Below, in pieces: positions 1 through 12,100 of a stretch of 64,000 nucleotides of DNA. The stretch covers positions 1 through 64,000 of the forward strand of contig CAXHJY010000994.1 in assembly GCA_964016885.1 (NCBI GenBank), given 5' to 3'. This stretch comes from Eledone cirrhosa (taxonomy: Eukaryota). The position numbers and the translations under genes are program-made. The first letter of the stretch is position 1. Each line of letters begins with the position of its first letter. The notes under the pieces were generated by a model. That model had not been told where the DNA came from, made no database searches, and saw only the letters and a list, made by a program, of their open reading frames with translations.

Positions 1-195
1 AATTTAGAAGAAATAGAAGCTTCACCGTATTTTTGATAAATGAAATTTTAGTCTGATTGTGGGGTTTATAGAATCCTCTAAATACTCATCCTTTTCAATT
101 TTTAGAGGGCTATAAACCCACTATGAGGCTAAAATATCATTAATCAAAAATACGGCGAAAGCTTCTATTTCTACTAAATTTCAAAAATACAGACT

Positions 196-196
<1 letters not shown>

Positions 197-234
<38 letters not shown>

Positions 235-475
235 GTATATATATATGTATATATGTATATATATATGTATATACATATATGTATATATATATGTATATAT
301 GTATATATATATGTATATACATATATGTATATATATATGTATATACATACTATACATATATATATATACATATATATACATATATATATATATACATATA
401 CATATATATATACACATATATATATATATACATATATACATATATATATACATATATACATATATATACATATAC

Positions 476-517
<42 letters not shown>

Positions 518-603
518 CATATATATATATACATATATACATACATATATATATATATATATAATATATATATACAATATACATATATACATACATATAT
601 ATA

Positions 604-634
<31 letters not shown>

Positions 635-654
635 ATATATACATATATACATAC

Positions 655-700
<46 letters not shown>

Positions 701-1031
701 ATATGACATATACATATATACATACATATATATATATATATATATACATATACTATATACATACATATATATATATATATACATATAGTATATACATATA
801 TATATATAATATACATATATACATATATATATATACATATATACTATATACATATATACATATATATATATATCATATATACATATACGTATATACATAT
901 ATATATATAATATATACATATATATATATACATATATACATATACATATATATATACATATATACATATACGTATATACATATATATATATATATACATA
1001 TATACATATACATATATATATACATATATAC

Positions 1032-1126
<95 letters not shown>

Positions 1127-1577
1127 CATATATTTATATATACATATATATATATAACATATATATATATACATATATATATATACATATATATATATAC
1201 ATATATATATATATACATATATATATATACATATATATATATACATATATATATATACATATATATATATACATATATATATACATATATATATATACAT
1301 ATATATATATACACATATATATATACATATATATATATACACATATATATACATATATATATATACATATATATATTATACATATATACATACACATATA
1401 TATATACATATATATATATACATATATATATATACACATATATATATACATATATATATATACACATATATATACATATATATATATACACATATATATA
1501 TACATATATATATATACACATATATATACATATATATATATACATATATATATATATACATACACATATATATATAC

Positions 1578-1622
<45 letters not shown>

Positions 1623-1776
1623 ATACATATATATATATATACATATATATATACATATATACATATATATATATATATACATATATATATACATATATAC
1701 ATATATATATACATATATATATATATATACATATATATATTATATATACATATACATATATATATATACACATATA

Positions 1777-1860
<84 letters not shown>

Positions 1861-1925
1861 ATTATATATATATATATAATTCTATATACGTATACGTCTA
1901 TTCATATATACATATACATACATAT
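197..1925. repeat. (TA)n / (TATAC)n compound microsatellite
   Basis: Direct reading; explains the Y/I/H/T-only ORFs in all frames. Confidence 0.98.
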
Positions 1926-2326
1926 ATTCAGATTTATGTCTGTGATTATTGGGGCACTGGGGTATGTTAGTAACTGCCTCAATACAAATCTGGAGAAGCT
2001 GGGCTCCACAGGAACAGAAAGAACACAACTAGTTAGGAAATTACAAGTACAATCCATTAATGGAACAGTAAAAATATGTAACACATTCCAAAAATTCTGC
2101 CTCTAATAACTGCATATACACATGTACAGATACAAAGCATATGCACATGCACATGCACATAACTGAAAACATACACATCCACACATACAATAACATCCAT
2201 ATCTACACATGCATACATACATATCTACCTAGTTGATGTGTAACTTCCAGTGAGAGAGTATCGTGTCTATGTTAGAAACCGACTCTCTCTCTATTGGTAA
2301 AACTTTGTGAAATTATAAACCCAGAA
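1926..2326 (+). mobile_element. 3' fragment of an RLE-type non-LTR retrotransposon (R4/Dong- or HERO-like), ending in (CATA)n
   Basis: Tail of ORF 703..2106 reads [26 protein letters not shown]...[20 protein letters not shown]. This matches the xVIGALG...L..LG...LQ....GTxKI C-terminus of restriction-like-endonuclease LINEs. It is followed by a short UTR and (CATA)n. Confidence 0.65.
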
Positions 2327-2372
2327 CATACATACATACATACATACACACATACATACATACATACATACA

Positions 2373-2420
2373 TGATGATGGCTGCCCCCTCGTTATCGAG
2401 TATGGCCATTGCACGAGGAG
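2373..2420 (-). mobile_element. Probable RTE LINE 3' terminus fragment
   Basis: Minus strand ctcgtgcaatggccatactcgataacgagggggcagccatcatc; similar to the end of the element at 62321-62355. Confidence 0.4.
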
Positions 2421-3279
2421 AAAGAAAAAAAAATATTAATAAATAAATAAAAAGAAAATACAAATACATACATACATACATACATACATACATACATACA
2501 TACATACACTCAGGTCTCGTTTGTCCTATACGTACCACATTTTCCTGTTTGAGTAAAACCGAAAGAAATTAAAAACACATAAAACCAAATCAACAAAAGC
2601 TAACAAAAAAAAACAACAAAAAACAACAGAACAAACACATAAAACACACACACCAAAAACAAACAAACACAAACAAAACAAAACAGAGACAGCCATATTT
2701 AAAAATTTACAAAAATATTTCACATAATGTGTGACTCAGGTAATTCATCGAAAATATTTAGCCTGATCGCCTAAATACTATTACGTAGTAAATGGATCAC
2801 GGCCGATTGATTTTGGACAGTAGTTCTGGAACACTTAGCTCTTCCACTTGATCGAAGCCTTAGTCTATCACTACCATAATTGATGATCACCTAATCGAAC
2901 AATAAACGTCATATCCTACAGACTATTATTTTATTTGTATTTTTATTTTTATCTTATTTTAGTGTATTTTATTTATATGTTACATCTCATGTCGTTCTGT
3001 CGAAATCACCCCCCCCCCACCCCATCCTCTGCTATAGCCCGCCATACCACATCATCTCAATAACTACATCCAACCAACTCTGCTTTCACGCTTCTTCTCC
3101 TTCTTCTTCCTCTCCTTCTACTTCTACTTCGTTTTCCTTTTCCTCTTCTTACTTGTCACCTTGTTACTATTCTAAAGGTTTGTCATATATATATATATAT
3201 ATACACATATATATGTACATATATATATGTATATATATATATATGCACACATATATATGTATATATAAATGCACACATA

Positions 3280-3317
<38 letters not shown>

Positions 3318-3403
3318 TATATATGTATATATATATATATATGCACACATATATATGTATATATAAATGCACACATATATATGTATATATATATGCAGAC
3401 ATA

Positions 3404-3445
<42 letters not shown>

Positions 3446-3523
3446 TATATATGTATATATATATATATATGCACATATATATGTGCATACATATATACGT
3501 ATATATGCATAAATATATATATA

Positions 3524-3576
<53 letters not shown>

Positions 3577-3719
3577 AATTTTGTGTACACTATTTCTGTA
3601 TGCCCTCGTCATTACTGCATATATGGAATTCCAACATGGAATTCCATATACAGATGTAATAGCTATATTTATCACATGTAATGTTTATGTATATATATAT
3701 ATATATATACATATCCCCA

Positions 3720-3795
<76 letters not shown>

Positions 3796-3891
3796 GGGGA
3801 ACGGCTGAGGGATCCAAAAAGACGCACCTTGTCCGTACCCTTGTCGTATCTGTTTGGATTGCCTTGGGAACGCAACCCTATTATATAAGAA

Positions 3892-3966
3892 GCTGTCTGA
3901 TGATGTCACGGAGCTGGGTACACGGATTCGTGTGGCCAGTGTCGTCATTGAAATATGTATCACAGC
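3892..3966 (+). ncRNA. Type I hammerhead ribozyme motif
   Basis: gctgt-CTGATGA-[long stem II with tacacg/cgtgtg and ctgg/ccag]-GAAA-tatgta-TC-acagc. Perfect 5-bp stem I; predicted cleavage after C3961; AATAAA just downstream, then (TA)n. Confidence 0.8.
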
Positions 3967-4256
3967 ATTACCAATAAAGGAGTTTAACATCTGAAACTAC
4001 TTCACATTTTCTCATTATATATATATATATATATTTCGTTTCTGAATTTGTTTAGCAAGATTCTTTATCTGAAATCGTGTGTTGAAACCGATATTGTTAT
4101 ACTTTGGGAGGGTCATGTTGCCAATAAGAAACACACGCACCAGTTGCTTTCACTTCAATTTATTATATATTTATAAATTTATAAATTTACAAATCTACAA
4201 ACTTATAAATTTCTGGTTGGTTGGTTGGTTCCACAACCAGATAGTTGTTTATATAT

Positions 4257-4301
4257 AGTCATAGTCGTTTCGTCACACACTCTGTGACCTCTTCAGTGAC
4301 T
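4257..4301 (-). ncRNA. Minimal type I hammerhead ribozyme motif (family A, left arm)
   Basis: Minus strand agtca-CTGAAGA-g-gtcaca gagtg tgtgac-GAAA-cgac-TA-tgact. Confidence 0.75.
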
Positions 4302-4651
4302 GGGGATTCCTTTCTTTGTTTCTGTGCCTTTCCTTTCTTCTATCCTACGCCATTTTGTTTCTGTGTGTGTGTTGTGTGCTCAGTTTGCGCATGCGCCACA
4401 TCCGGGTGTCTGTGTGTGTTTGTGTTCATTTATCTATTTGTTTATTTATTTATTTATTTATTGTTGGTTGGTTGTTTGTTCTATCCCAACAATAAATAAA
4501 TAAATAAATAAACAAATAGATAAATGAACACAAACACACACAGACACCCGGATGTGGCGCATGCGCAAACTGAGCACACAACACATACACAGAAACAAAA
4601 TGGCGTAGGATAGAAGAAAGGAAAGGCACAGAAACAAAGAGAGGAATCCCC

Positions 4652-4696
4652 AGTCACTGAGGAGGTCACAGAGTGTGTGACGAAAGGACTATGACT
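4652..4696 (+). ncRNA. Minimal type I hammerhead ribozyme motif (family A, right arm)
   Basis: agtca-CTGAGGA-g-gtcaca gagtg tgtgac-GAAA-ggac-TA-tgact; stem I agtca/tgact; predicted cleavage after A4691. Confidence 0.75.
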
Positions 4697-4854
4697 ATAT
4701 ATAAACAACTATCTGGTTGTGGAACCAACCAACCAACCAGAAATTTATAAGTTTGTAGATTTGTAAATTTATAAATTTATAAATATATAATAAATTGAAG
4801 TGAAAGCAACTGGTGCGTGTGTTTCTTATTGGCAACATGACCCTCCCAAAGTAT

Positions 4855-4903
<49 letters not shown>

Positions 4904-4919
4904 TGTGAATATGTGTGTA

Positions 4920-5043
4920 TGATGATTTCTCCGGAATGAAACACTTCTAGTCCTGTAGAAGCGATTTCTATATTATATTAAATATTTATACTATGGTATG
5001 TATTGAGTACCTTACTGTGGTACCCCCGATTGAACCCGGGATA
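4920..5043 (+). mobile_element. HHR-bearing short element (family F), 5'-truncated inside the ribozyme core
   Basis: tgatga-tttc tccg gaat-GAAA-cact-TC-tagtcc; homologous to 48931-48992 (-) and 20918-21025. Confidence 0.6.
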
Positions 5044-5077
5044 AACATATATACATATATATATATATATATATAAT

Positions 5078-5504
5078 AATTGTTTCTACTTTTGGCACAA
5101 GGCCAGCAATTACCCAGTGTATTACTGGTACTTTATTTTATCGACCCCGTAAGGATGAAAGGCAAAGTTAACCTCGGCGGGATTTGAACTCAGAATGGCA
5201 AGGACCGTAACTCTATGCTTCAAATCATGGCGTCCGACCCTCTACCGATACTGCAAGTCCACCGCCATTATATATATAGGTTGACTTTGCCATTCATCCT
5301 TGCGGGGTCGATAAAATAAAGTACCAGTAATGCACTGGGATAATTGCTGGCCTTGTGCCTAAAGTAGAAACAATTATATATATTTATATTAATATATATC
5401 CCGCCGAGGTTGACTTTGCCTTTCATCCTTACGGGGTCGATAAAATAAAGTACCAGTAATGCACTGGGTAATTGCTGGCCTTGTGTCTAAAGTAGAAACA
5501 ATTA
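5078..5504. mobile_element. SINE family 1 copies (one on -, two partial on +)
   Basis: Shared body gaggttgactttgcctttcatccttacggggtcgataaaataaagtaccagtaatgcactgg...ccttgtgcc.aaagtagaaacaatta and B-box gagttcaaatccc. Confidence 0.9.
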
Positions 5505-5536
5505 TATATATATATATTAATGCGTGTATATATAGA

Positions 5537-6275
5537 GGGTGTTTGGGATAGATTTGATCGAATCTAATTTTGTAAATTCTTTTCGGACTTACCCTAGAAT
5601 CTTTGAAAAGTGAACGGCATTGTGAAAATTAATCAGTACAGTTTTAAAGATGTGAAGGTTAACTGAAATGGACAAGTGGAAACCACCGGAAGTTTGGATA
5701 AAGGGTAACCTACATCATGATGATTCGTGGCGGGCATCAAAATACGGCAATCATGACAGCTGTTAGATGCTCTTTGAACGCTGTGAAAGCGATTAGACTT
5801 CAAATTAGGAGCTTACGAGGCTGTGGTTTGTAGGAAAGAACGCAACAGTTGTTTTGATTACCTCCATACACCAGGATTTCGCCAGCAACTGCAAGAGAAA
5901 ATGATGGAACACCCAGGCAAGAGAATGCGAGCTTTAGCGCGGAAAATGAGTGTTGTAGCTTCCACCATGAAGCTGGCCTTGAATGAGGACCTCTGCTACC
6001 ACTCATACAAGAGGAGTAAACGCCAGCTTCCCATACACCAGGATTTCGCCAACAACTGCAGGAGAAAATGATGGAACACCCAGGCAAGAGAATGCGAGCT
6101 TTAGCGCGGAAAATGAGTGTTGTAGCTTCCACCATGAAGCTGGCCTTGAATGAGGACCTCTGCTACCACGCATACAAGAGGAGTAAACGCCAGCTTCTTA
6201 CTGTATAGGTTCAAGGAAACCATCTGACTAAGTCAAAGTAACTCCTGAATAAAGTGAAACATTCTGTTGAACCAG
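5537..6275 (+). mobile_element. Decayed Tc1/mariner-superfamily transposon fragment with an internal 167-bp tandem duplication
   Basis: MRALARKMSVVASTMKLALNEDLCYHSYKRSKRQLL resembles the HTH-linker region of Tc1/mariner transposases. 5864-6030 is repeated at 6031-6197. Starts after TA with gagggtg. Confidence 0.6.
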
Positions 6276-6589
6276 GTAGATGGTCTACACACGATGATGC
6301 TTCTGGGATCGCTGGATTAGGATGACCTCAGTCTCGTCGTGCAAGAGAAGAAAAAGAAGAATGATAGTAAATGTGAGAGAAATATAGAAGAATCAACCCC
6401 AGCCTCAGTACTACACTGGTACTTTTTTATCGACCTAGAATAGATGAAATTTAAAAGTGACCTCGGTGGGATTTGAACTCAGGTGAGCAGAGAGACAAAA
6501 GGAATACCTCAAAACATTCTATGCGATGTTTTAACAACTCTGCCAAATCGCTGCATTGCATGCATATATACTACATACATATATATTTA

Positions 6590-6782
6590 GGGCGGTGAAT
6601 TGGCGGTATCGGTAGAGGGTTGGGCGCCATGCTTTCTAGCATAGTTACGTCCCTTTACAGTCTGAGTTCAAATCCCGCAGAGGTTAGCTTTGACTTTTAT
6701 CCTTACGGGGTCGATAAAATAAAGTACCAGTAATGTACTGGGTTTTTTGCTGGCCTTGTGCCAAAAGTAGAAATAATTATTA
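6590..6782 (+). mobile_element. SINE family 1, full length
   Basis: A-box-like tggcggtatcggt, B-box gagttcaaatccc, conserved body, (ATT)n tail. Confidence 0.9.
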
Positions 6783-6938
6783 TAGATGTATATATGTTAG
6801 TGTATGCTTGAGAATTGAGTTGAGTTGAGTGGTGGATGTGTTGGTGTTAAGGAGCATATGTATGCATATAAGTGTATACGTATGCCTGCATGAATATATA
6901 TATATATATGTATACACGCATATAGGTTTAATTCCTAT

Positions 6939-6972
<34 letters not shown>

Positions 6973-7081
6973 CTATATATGAGAGTATTGAAGTTTGCTT
7001 GAAGCATTGGGGAATAATATATATATATATACGTGTGAATGTATGCGGGAAAGCGGTGTTATGATTGTGTAGGATGGTCCC

Positions 7082-7122
<41 letters not shown>

Positions 7123-7127
7123 GCATG

Positions 7128-7179
<52 letters not shown>

Positions 7180-7372
7180 TGAAATTAATGTCTTTGCGGA
7201 ATTCTATATACATCTTTCTCATTTTTTAATCTTGAACAATGTATAAATATATAAATATATTTTATATATCATATATATATATATTTATATATAATATAGA
7301 AATATATACATGTGTGTAAGTGTGTGCTTAAAAAGAATATTGTTGGTGAGAAATGTATGCATATACACACAC

Positions 7373-7441
<69 letters not shown>

Positions 7442-7497
7442 TATATAGTTAAAGATTTAAAAAGACAAGCGAGGAGATGGAATTACACAAACTCTAT

Positions 7498-7547
<50 letters not shown>

Positions 7548-7959
7548 AGTGAAACAGAGAGGGGGGGAGGATGAAGGGTAGTGAGAAAAAAATCGTTTGT
7601 GTGAGGGGAGGTGGGTCATCGTGGAAGCGGGGCTTGGCGAAAGCATTCAGAAATAATGTTTACAAAAGTTTAATAGGGGGAACAAAGGGAGATAATTGAC
7701 AGTCAAGTGTTTAAGCTCACATGGTACCATATGTTTTGGCAGCGGCAAGTTCCGCTTGTGCCAAGACAATATGTGTGTTTAGGTGTCAACAAACGTGACG
7801 CCTCTTACACCATTATATCTTTATTGTCACCATTTGGCAATTTGTATTCAAATAAAAATAGTTTAAAATCTTTTGTGAAGATTTTTTTTTCTCTTAATAC
7901 TGGTAATATAATTTCTCTAATAAGATATATTCATCACATATCGCATTCACAGAGACCAT

Positions 7960-8282
7960 GTATATATATATATGTGAATGTATATATATATATATATATA
8001 TAAATATATATATAATATATGTGTATATATATATATATATATATAATATATGAGTATATATATATAATATATGAGTATATATATATAATATATGAGTATA
8101 TATATATAATATATGTGTATATATATATAATATATGTGTATATATATATATATATATATAATATATGAGTATATATATATAATATATGTGTATATATATA
8201 TATATATATATAATATATGAGTATATATATATAATATATGTGTATATATATATATATATAATATATGAGTATATATATATAA

Positions 8283-8321
<39 letters not shown>

Positions 8322-8452
8322 TATACTATATGTGTATATATATAATATATATATAATATATGTTTATATATATATAATATATATATAATATATGTGTATA
8401 TATATAATATATATAATATATGTGTATATATATAATATATATAATATATGTG

Positions 8453-8500
<48 letters not shown>

Positions 8501-8531
8501 GTGTATATATATAATATATATAATATATGTG

Positions 8532-8578
<47 letters not shown>

Positions 8579-8630
8579 AAATATATATATATATATATAT
8601 GTGTAAATATATATATATATATATATATGT

Positions 8631-8662
<32 letters not shown>

Positions 8663-8752
8663 GTAAATATATATATATATATATATATATGTGTAAATAT
8701 ATATATATATATATATATATGTGTGTAAATATATATATATATATATATATAA

Positions 8753-8808
<56 letters not shown>

Positions 8809-8870
8809 GTGTAAATATATATATATATATATATATATGTGTAAATATATATATATATATATATATGTGT

Positions 8871-8906
<36 letters not shown>

Positions 8907-8959
8907 AAATATATATATATATATATATATAATATGTGTGTGTATATACATATATATAA

Positions 8960-9005
<46 letters not shown>

Positions 9006-9366
9006 TGCATATATATGTATATATATATACACACATCCTTATATATGTATACATATATATATATATGCAAATATGCATATATCTATATATATATATACAA
9101 ATATATGTATATATATATATGTATATATATGTATATATATACGTATATATATGTATATATATATATACGTATATATATGTATATATATATATACGTATAT
9201 ATATGTATATATATATACACATATACATTTGCAGATATATCTATGTATATATATGCATATATATATATGTATATGTACATATATATCTATCTATATATAT
9301 ATATATATGCATAGATATGTGTATATATATATTAATATATATACATACGCTTATATGTGTGTGTAT

Positions 9367-9410
<44 letters not shown>
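7960..9410. repeat. (TA)n compound microsatellite with gtgtaa/gagta interruptions
   Basis: Direct reading. Confidence 0.97.
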
Positions 9411-9411
<1 letters not shown>

Positions 9412-10525
9412 GGGGGAAGAAGAGTACTATGATATAATTCTCTAACAGAACCACATTTCCGTCTCCCAAGAGAAAAAGGCGAGGTGTTGTGGAATGGATG
9501 AACGGTGAGGAGTGGTGGGGGGACAGTGGCTGTGGTGGTGGGTGCGCGGCGGATGTAAATAAACATACAAACACCCTCACACACCACCATTAATAAAGGA
9601 TAAAAAAACAACCGAAACTGACACAACAGAACCAAATCCAAAACCACAACTTTAAGAAGAATAAGAACAAATATAACAAAACTCATAATTATCAAACGAT
9701 GAAATACACAGACAATATTTTTATATATATATACACACATATGTATATATTATTTACATATTTTTATATATATACACACACATATATATATATGTTTATA
9801 TATGTTTATATATATATATACGTATATTTACAGATATGTATATATATATATATATGTCGATATACGTATATGTATATATATGTATGTGTATATATACATA
9901 TATATTGGTGTGTGTGTGTGTGTGATGCCGTGGGGCAACGAATCCCAAGAAAGAAGACAAAGAAGAAGAAGAAGAACAAGTACAACAACAACAACGACGG
10001 CGATGACAACAATGTGTGCTTGTGTGGGGAAGATGGCGATGTAAGCTGAACAAATTTCAAGAAATGGGGAAAACTTCAAGAAAATTTTTTTTAAATATTT
10101 TTTTTTCGTAAACACAACACAACACAACACAACACAAACATGGATAACAAACGTAAATAATACACACACACAAACCACATACAAAACACATACAATACAC
10201 AAACAAACAACAAAAGCAGACAAACAACACCACAGCAGCACTATACGCATTCTAAAAAAAATGAAGGCGTCAGACAAACAACATGCAAACATGGACGATG
10301 AATGAATTTATAAATGATATATTGTATGGCGGTGTGAAAACAGATGTAGTTTCAGGTTTGAGTTATATATACAAGGGATAATTAGAAAACTACATTATGC
10401 TCCTATTTAGCGAAGAAAATACCACTAGGATGTGGCTGCAGGGTATGTATGTGTGTACGTGTGGGTGTGTGAGTGTATGTGTATGAATGTATATGTGTGT
10501 GAGAGTATGTTTTTGTGAGTATATA

Positions 10526-10567
<42 letters not shown>

Positions 10568-10620
10568 TTGTGTATATATATATGTGTGTGTATAAATTAT
10601 ATATAAATATATATATATAT

Positions 10621-12100
10621 AAAATACGTAGTTAAGAAAGCCACAACAATGCAGAGGGAAATCTCGAGGTAGGAGGTGAATGATAGATAGGAGAAACAGG
10701 TGAAAGTGAAAATTGAGAGAGACAAAGATGAAAACAAAACAAAGGTAGAAGGGTTACCGTAGTGGAGATTTAATCCCAATATTTCGGGCTCACGCCCATC
10801 AACGGGGGAAAGTTCCAAAGGGGGGGGGGGGAACAGGCCAAGCGGAGAAAGTTGTGATGTCGTTAAGACAGGAATGCCGTTATGGGGAGAAAATTATTTA
10901 AAATTTAAACGAGGGAAAGAATGCGCGTGCTCGTAATAGGCTGTGGCAAAAGCTACCGACCAAATGGGTTAAATCAAGAGGGTGCCCTAGCGTGTGAAAG
11001 CCGTAAAATATGTGTGTGTAACTGTGTGTGTATAAGTGTAAGTGTGTATATGTGTGAGTGTGTGTGTGTGTGGGCTGTAGAAGCTGGAAATCAAAGGGTG
11101 TGAAAGGTGGTAGGTTGTAAAACGTGTGCGTGTATAAATATAGATGTGTGTGTGTAAGCGTATGGGTATACATGTGTGTGTAACTGTGTGTGTATATGTG
11201 TGAGTGCGTGTGTGTGTGAAAGATAGTGGGCTGTAGAAGCTGGAAATCAAAGGGTGTGAAAGGTGGTAGGTTGTAAAAACATGTGTGCGTGTATAAATAT
11301 AGATGTGTGTGTGTATGCGTATGGGTATGCATATACGTGCGTGTGTGTGAAGATAGCAGGCCGTAGGCTGTGAATGGTCACTATGGTTAAGTTAGCCATG
11401 TCAGCTCATTTCTCTCAGCCCGGTTGTTAAGTGGGGGTCTGAGGTTCTTAATAACAAGTGCTTCCTTTATCCTTAAGGATCCGATGCTGCGTTCAGTCTG
11501 TGGGTTTCCGCATTTAAGGATGTGTTTACGGAAGGAAGATGCATTGGTGTTGATATGTTCCTTGATACGAACATGTAGGGGTCGGATGGTGCTACCTATG
11601 TAAAACTTGTTACATTTATCGCATTGAATCTTATATACGACATAGGTGCGTAGGCAATCTGCCCCCCGTATCGGGCAGTTGCTGAGGGAACACGTCCCAT
11701 CTGACTCGTCGGGTTTGTTGGAGAGGCATCTTCGCAGCGAAGGTCCTGTGTGGGCCAAATGTATGTCAAGTCCCTCCGTCCGTATGGCCCTGCGGATGGC
11801 GTTCGTGGTATATTCACTCAGGTGGAGGATTTTAAAGAAGCACCTGCTTTTATTTAAGTTTCTAGTGGGTGTCTGTCTATTGGGTCTGGGGTCTCTAATT
11901 CCGTTAATCAGTCGCTTGGGATAACCATTAGATCTGAGTAGATTACGGAATTGCGTGGTATGGGTGAGACCACCCATCGGGTCGCTGCATCTGTTAGTGA
12001 TCCGTGTCATTTAATTTAGGACATAGCCTCTCTTAGCGTTGTTGGGGAGGGCTGAGTTGTAATGCAAAAATAAGTCCTTGCACGCTGCTTTGCGGTAGAA
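10621..12100 (-). mobile_element. Inverted 5'-truncated copy of the adjacent Penelope-like element
   Basis: Reverse complement of ~13442-14792. It carries a gaa>taa stop, a 27-nt in-frame deletion (GNPQ/TERS) and a UTR duplication; its 3' end abuts (TA)n. Confidence 0.95.

Larger units (their letters stand above)
4037..4862. mobile_element. Head-to-head palindromic non-autonomous PLE-like insertion (family A) in (TA)n
   Basis: Arms ~4091-4467 and ~4487-4862 are near-perfect reverse complements (a few substitutions, ~18-nt spacer). The left arm has a 54-nt extra tail (4037-4090). TA tracts flank both sides. Confidence 0.85.

Noticed and set aside
3575-3690. Hairpin tatatggaattcca...tggaattccatata and a minus-strand atgacga...gaaa motif
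   Set aside because: Core position 3 is wrong and there are no convincing stems II/III.
4245-4708. Twin ORFs MFIYSHS... on both strands; likewise repeated MKTKFHF... ORFs at 54697 and 55160
   Set aside because: By-products of the inverted/tandem non-coding elements, antisense to the ribozyme strand, with no protein motifs.
4037-4862. Palindromes as amplification or assembly fold-back artefacts
   Set aside because: Arms carry substitutions and spacers, and the same asymmetric termini recur at independent loci. Raw-read confirmation is still desirable.
6590-6782. tRNA genes at gagttcaaatccc / gagttcgattcc boxes
   Set aside because: These are SINE heads followed by a constant non-tRNA body; no complete cloverleaf.
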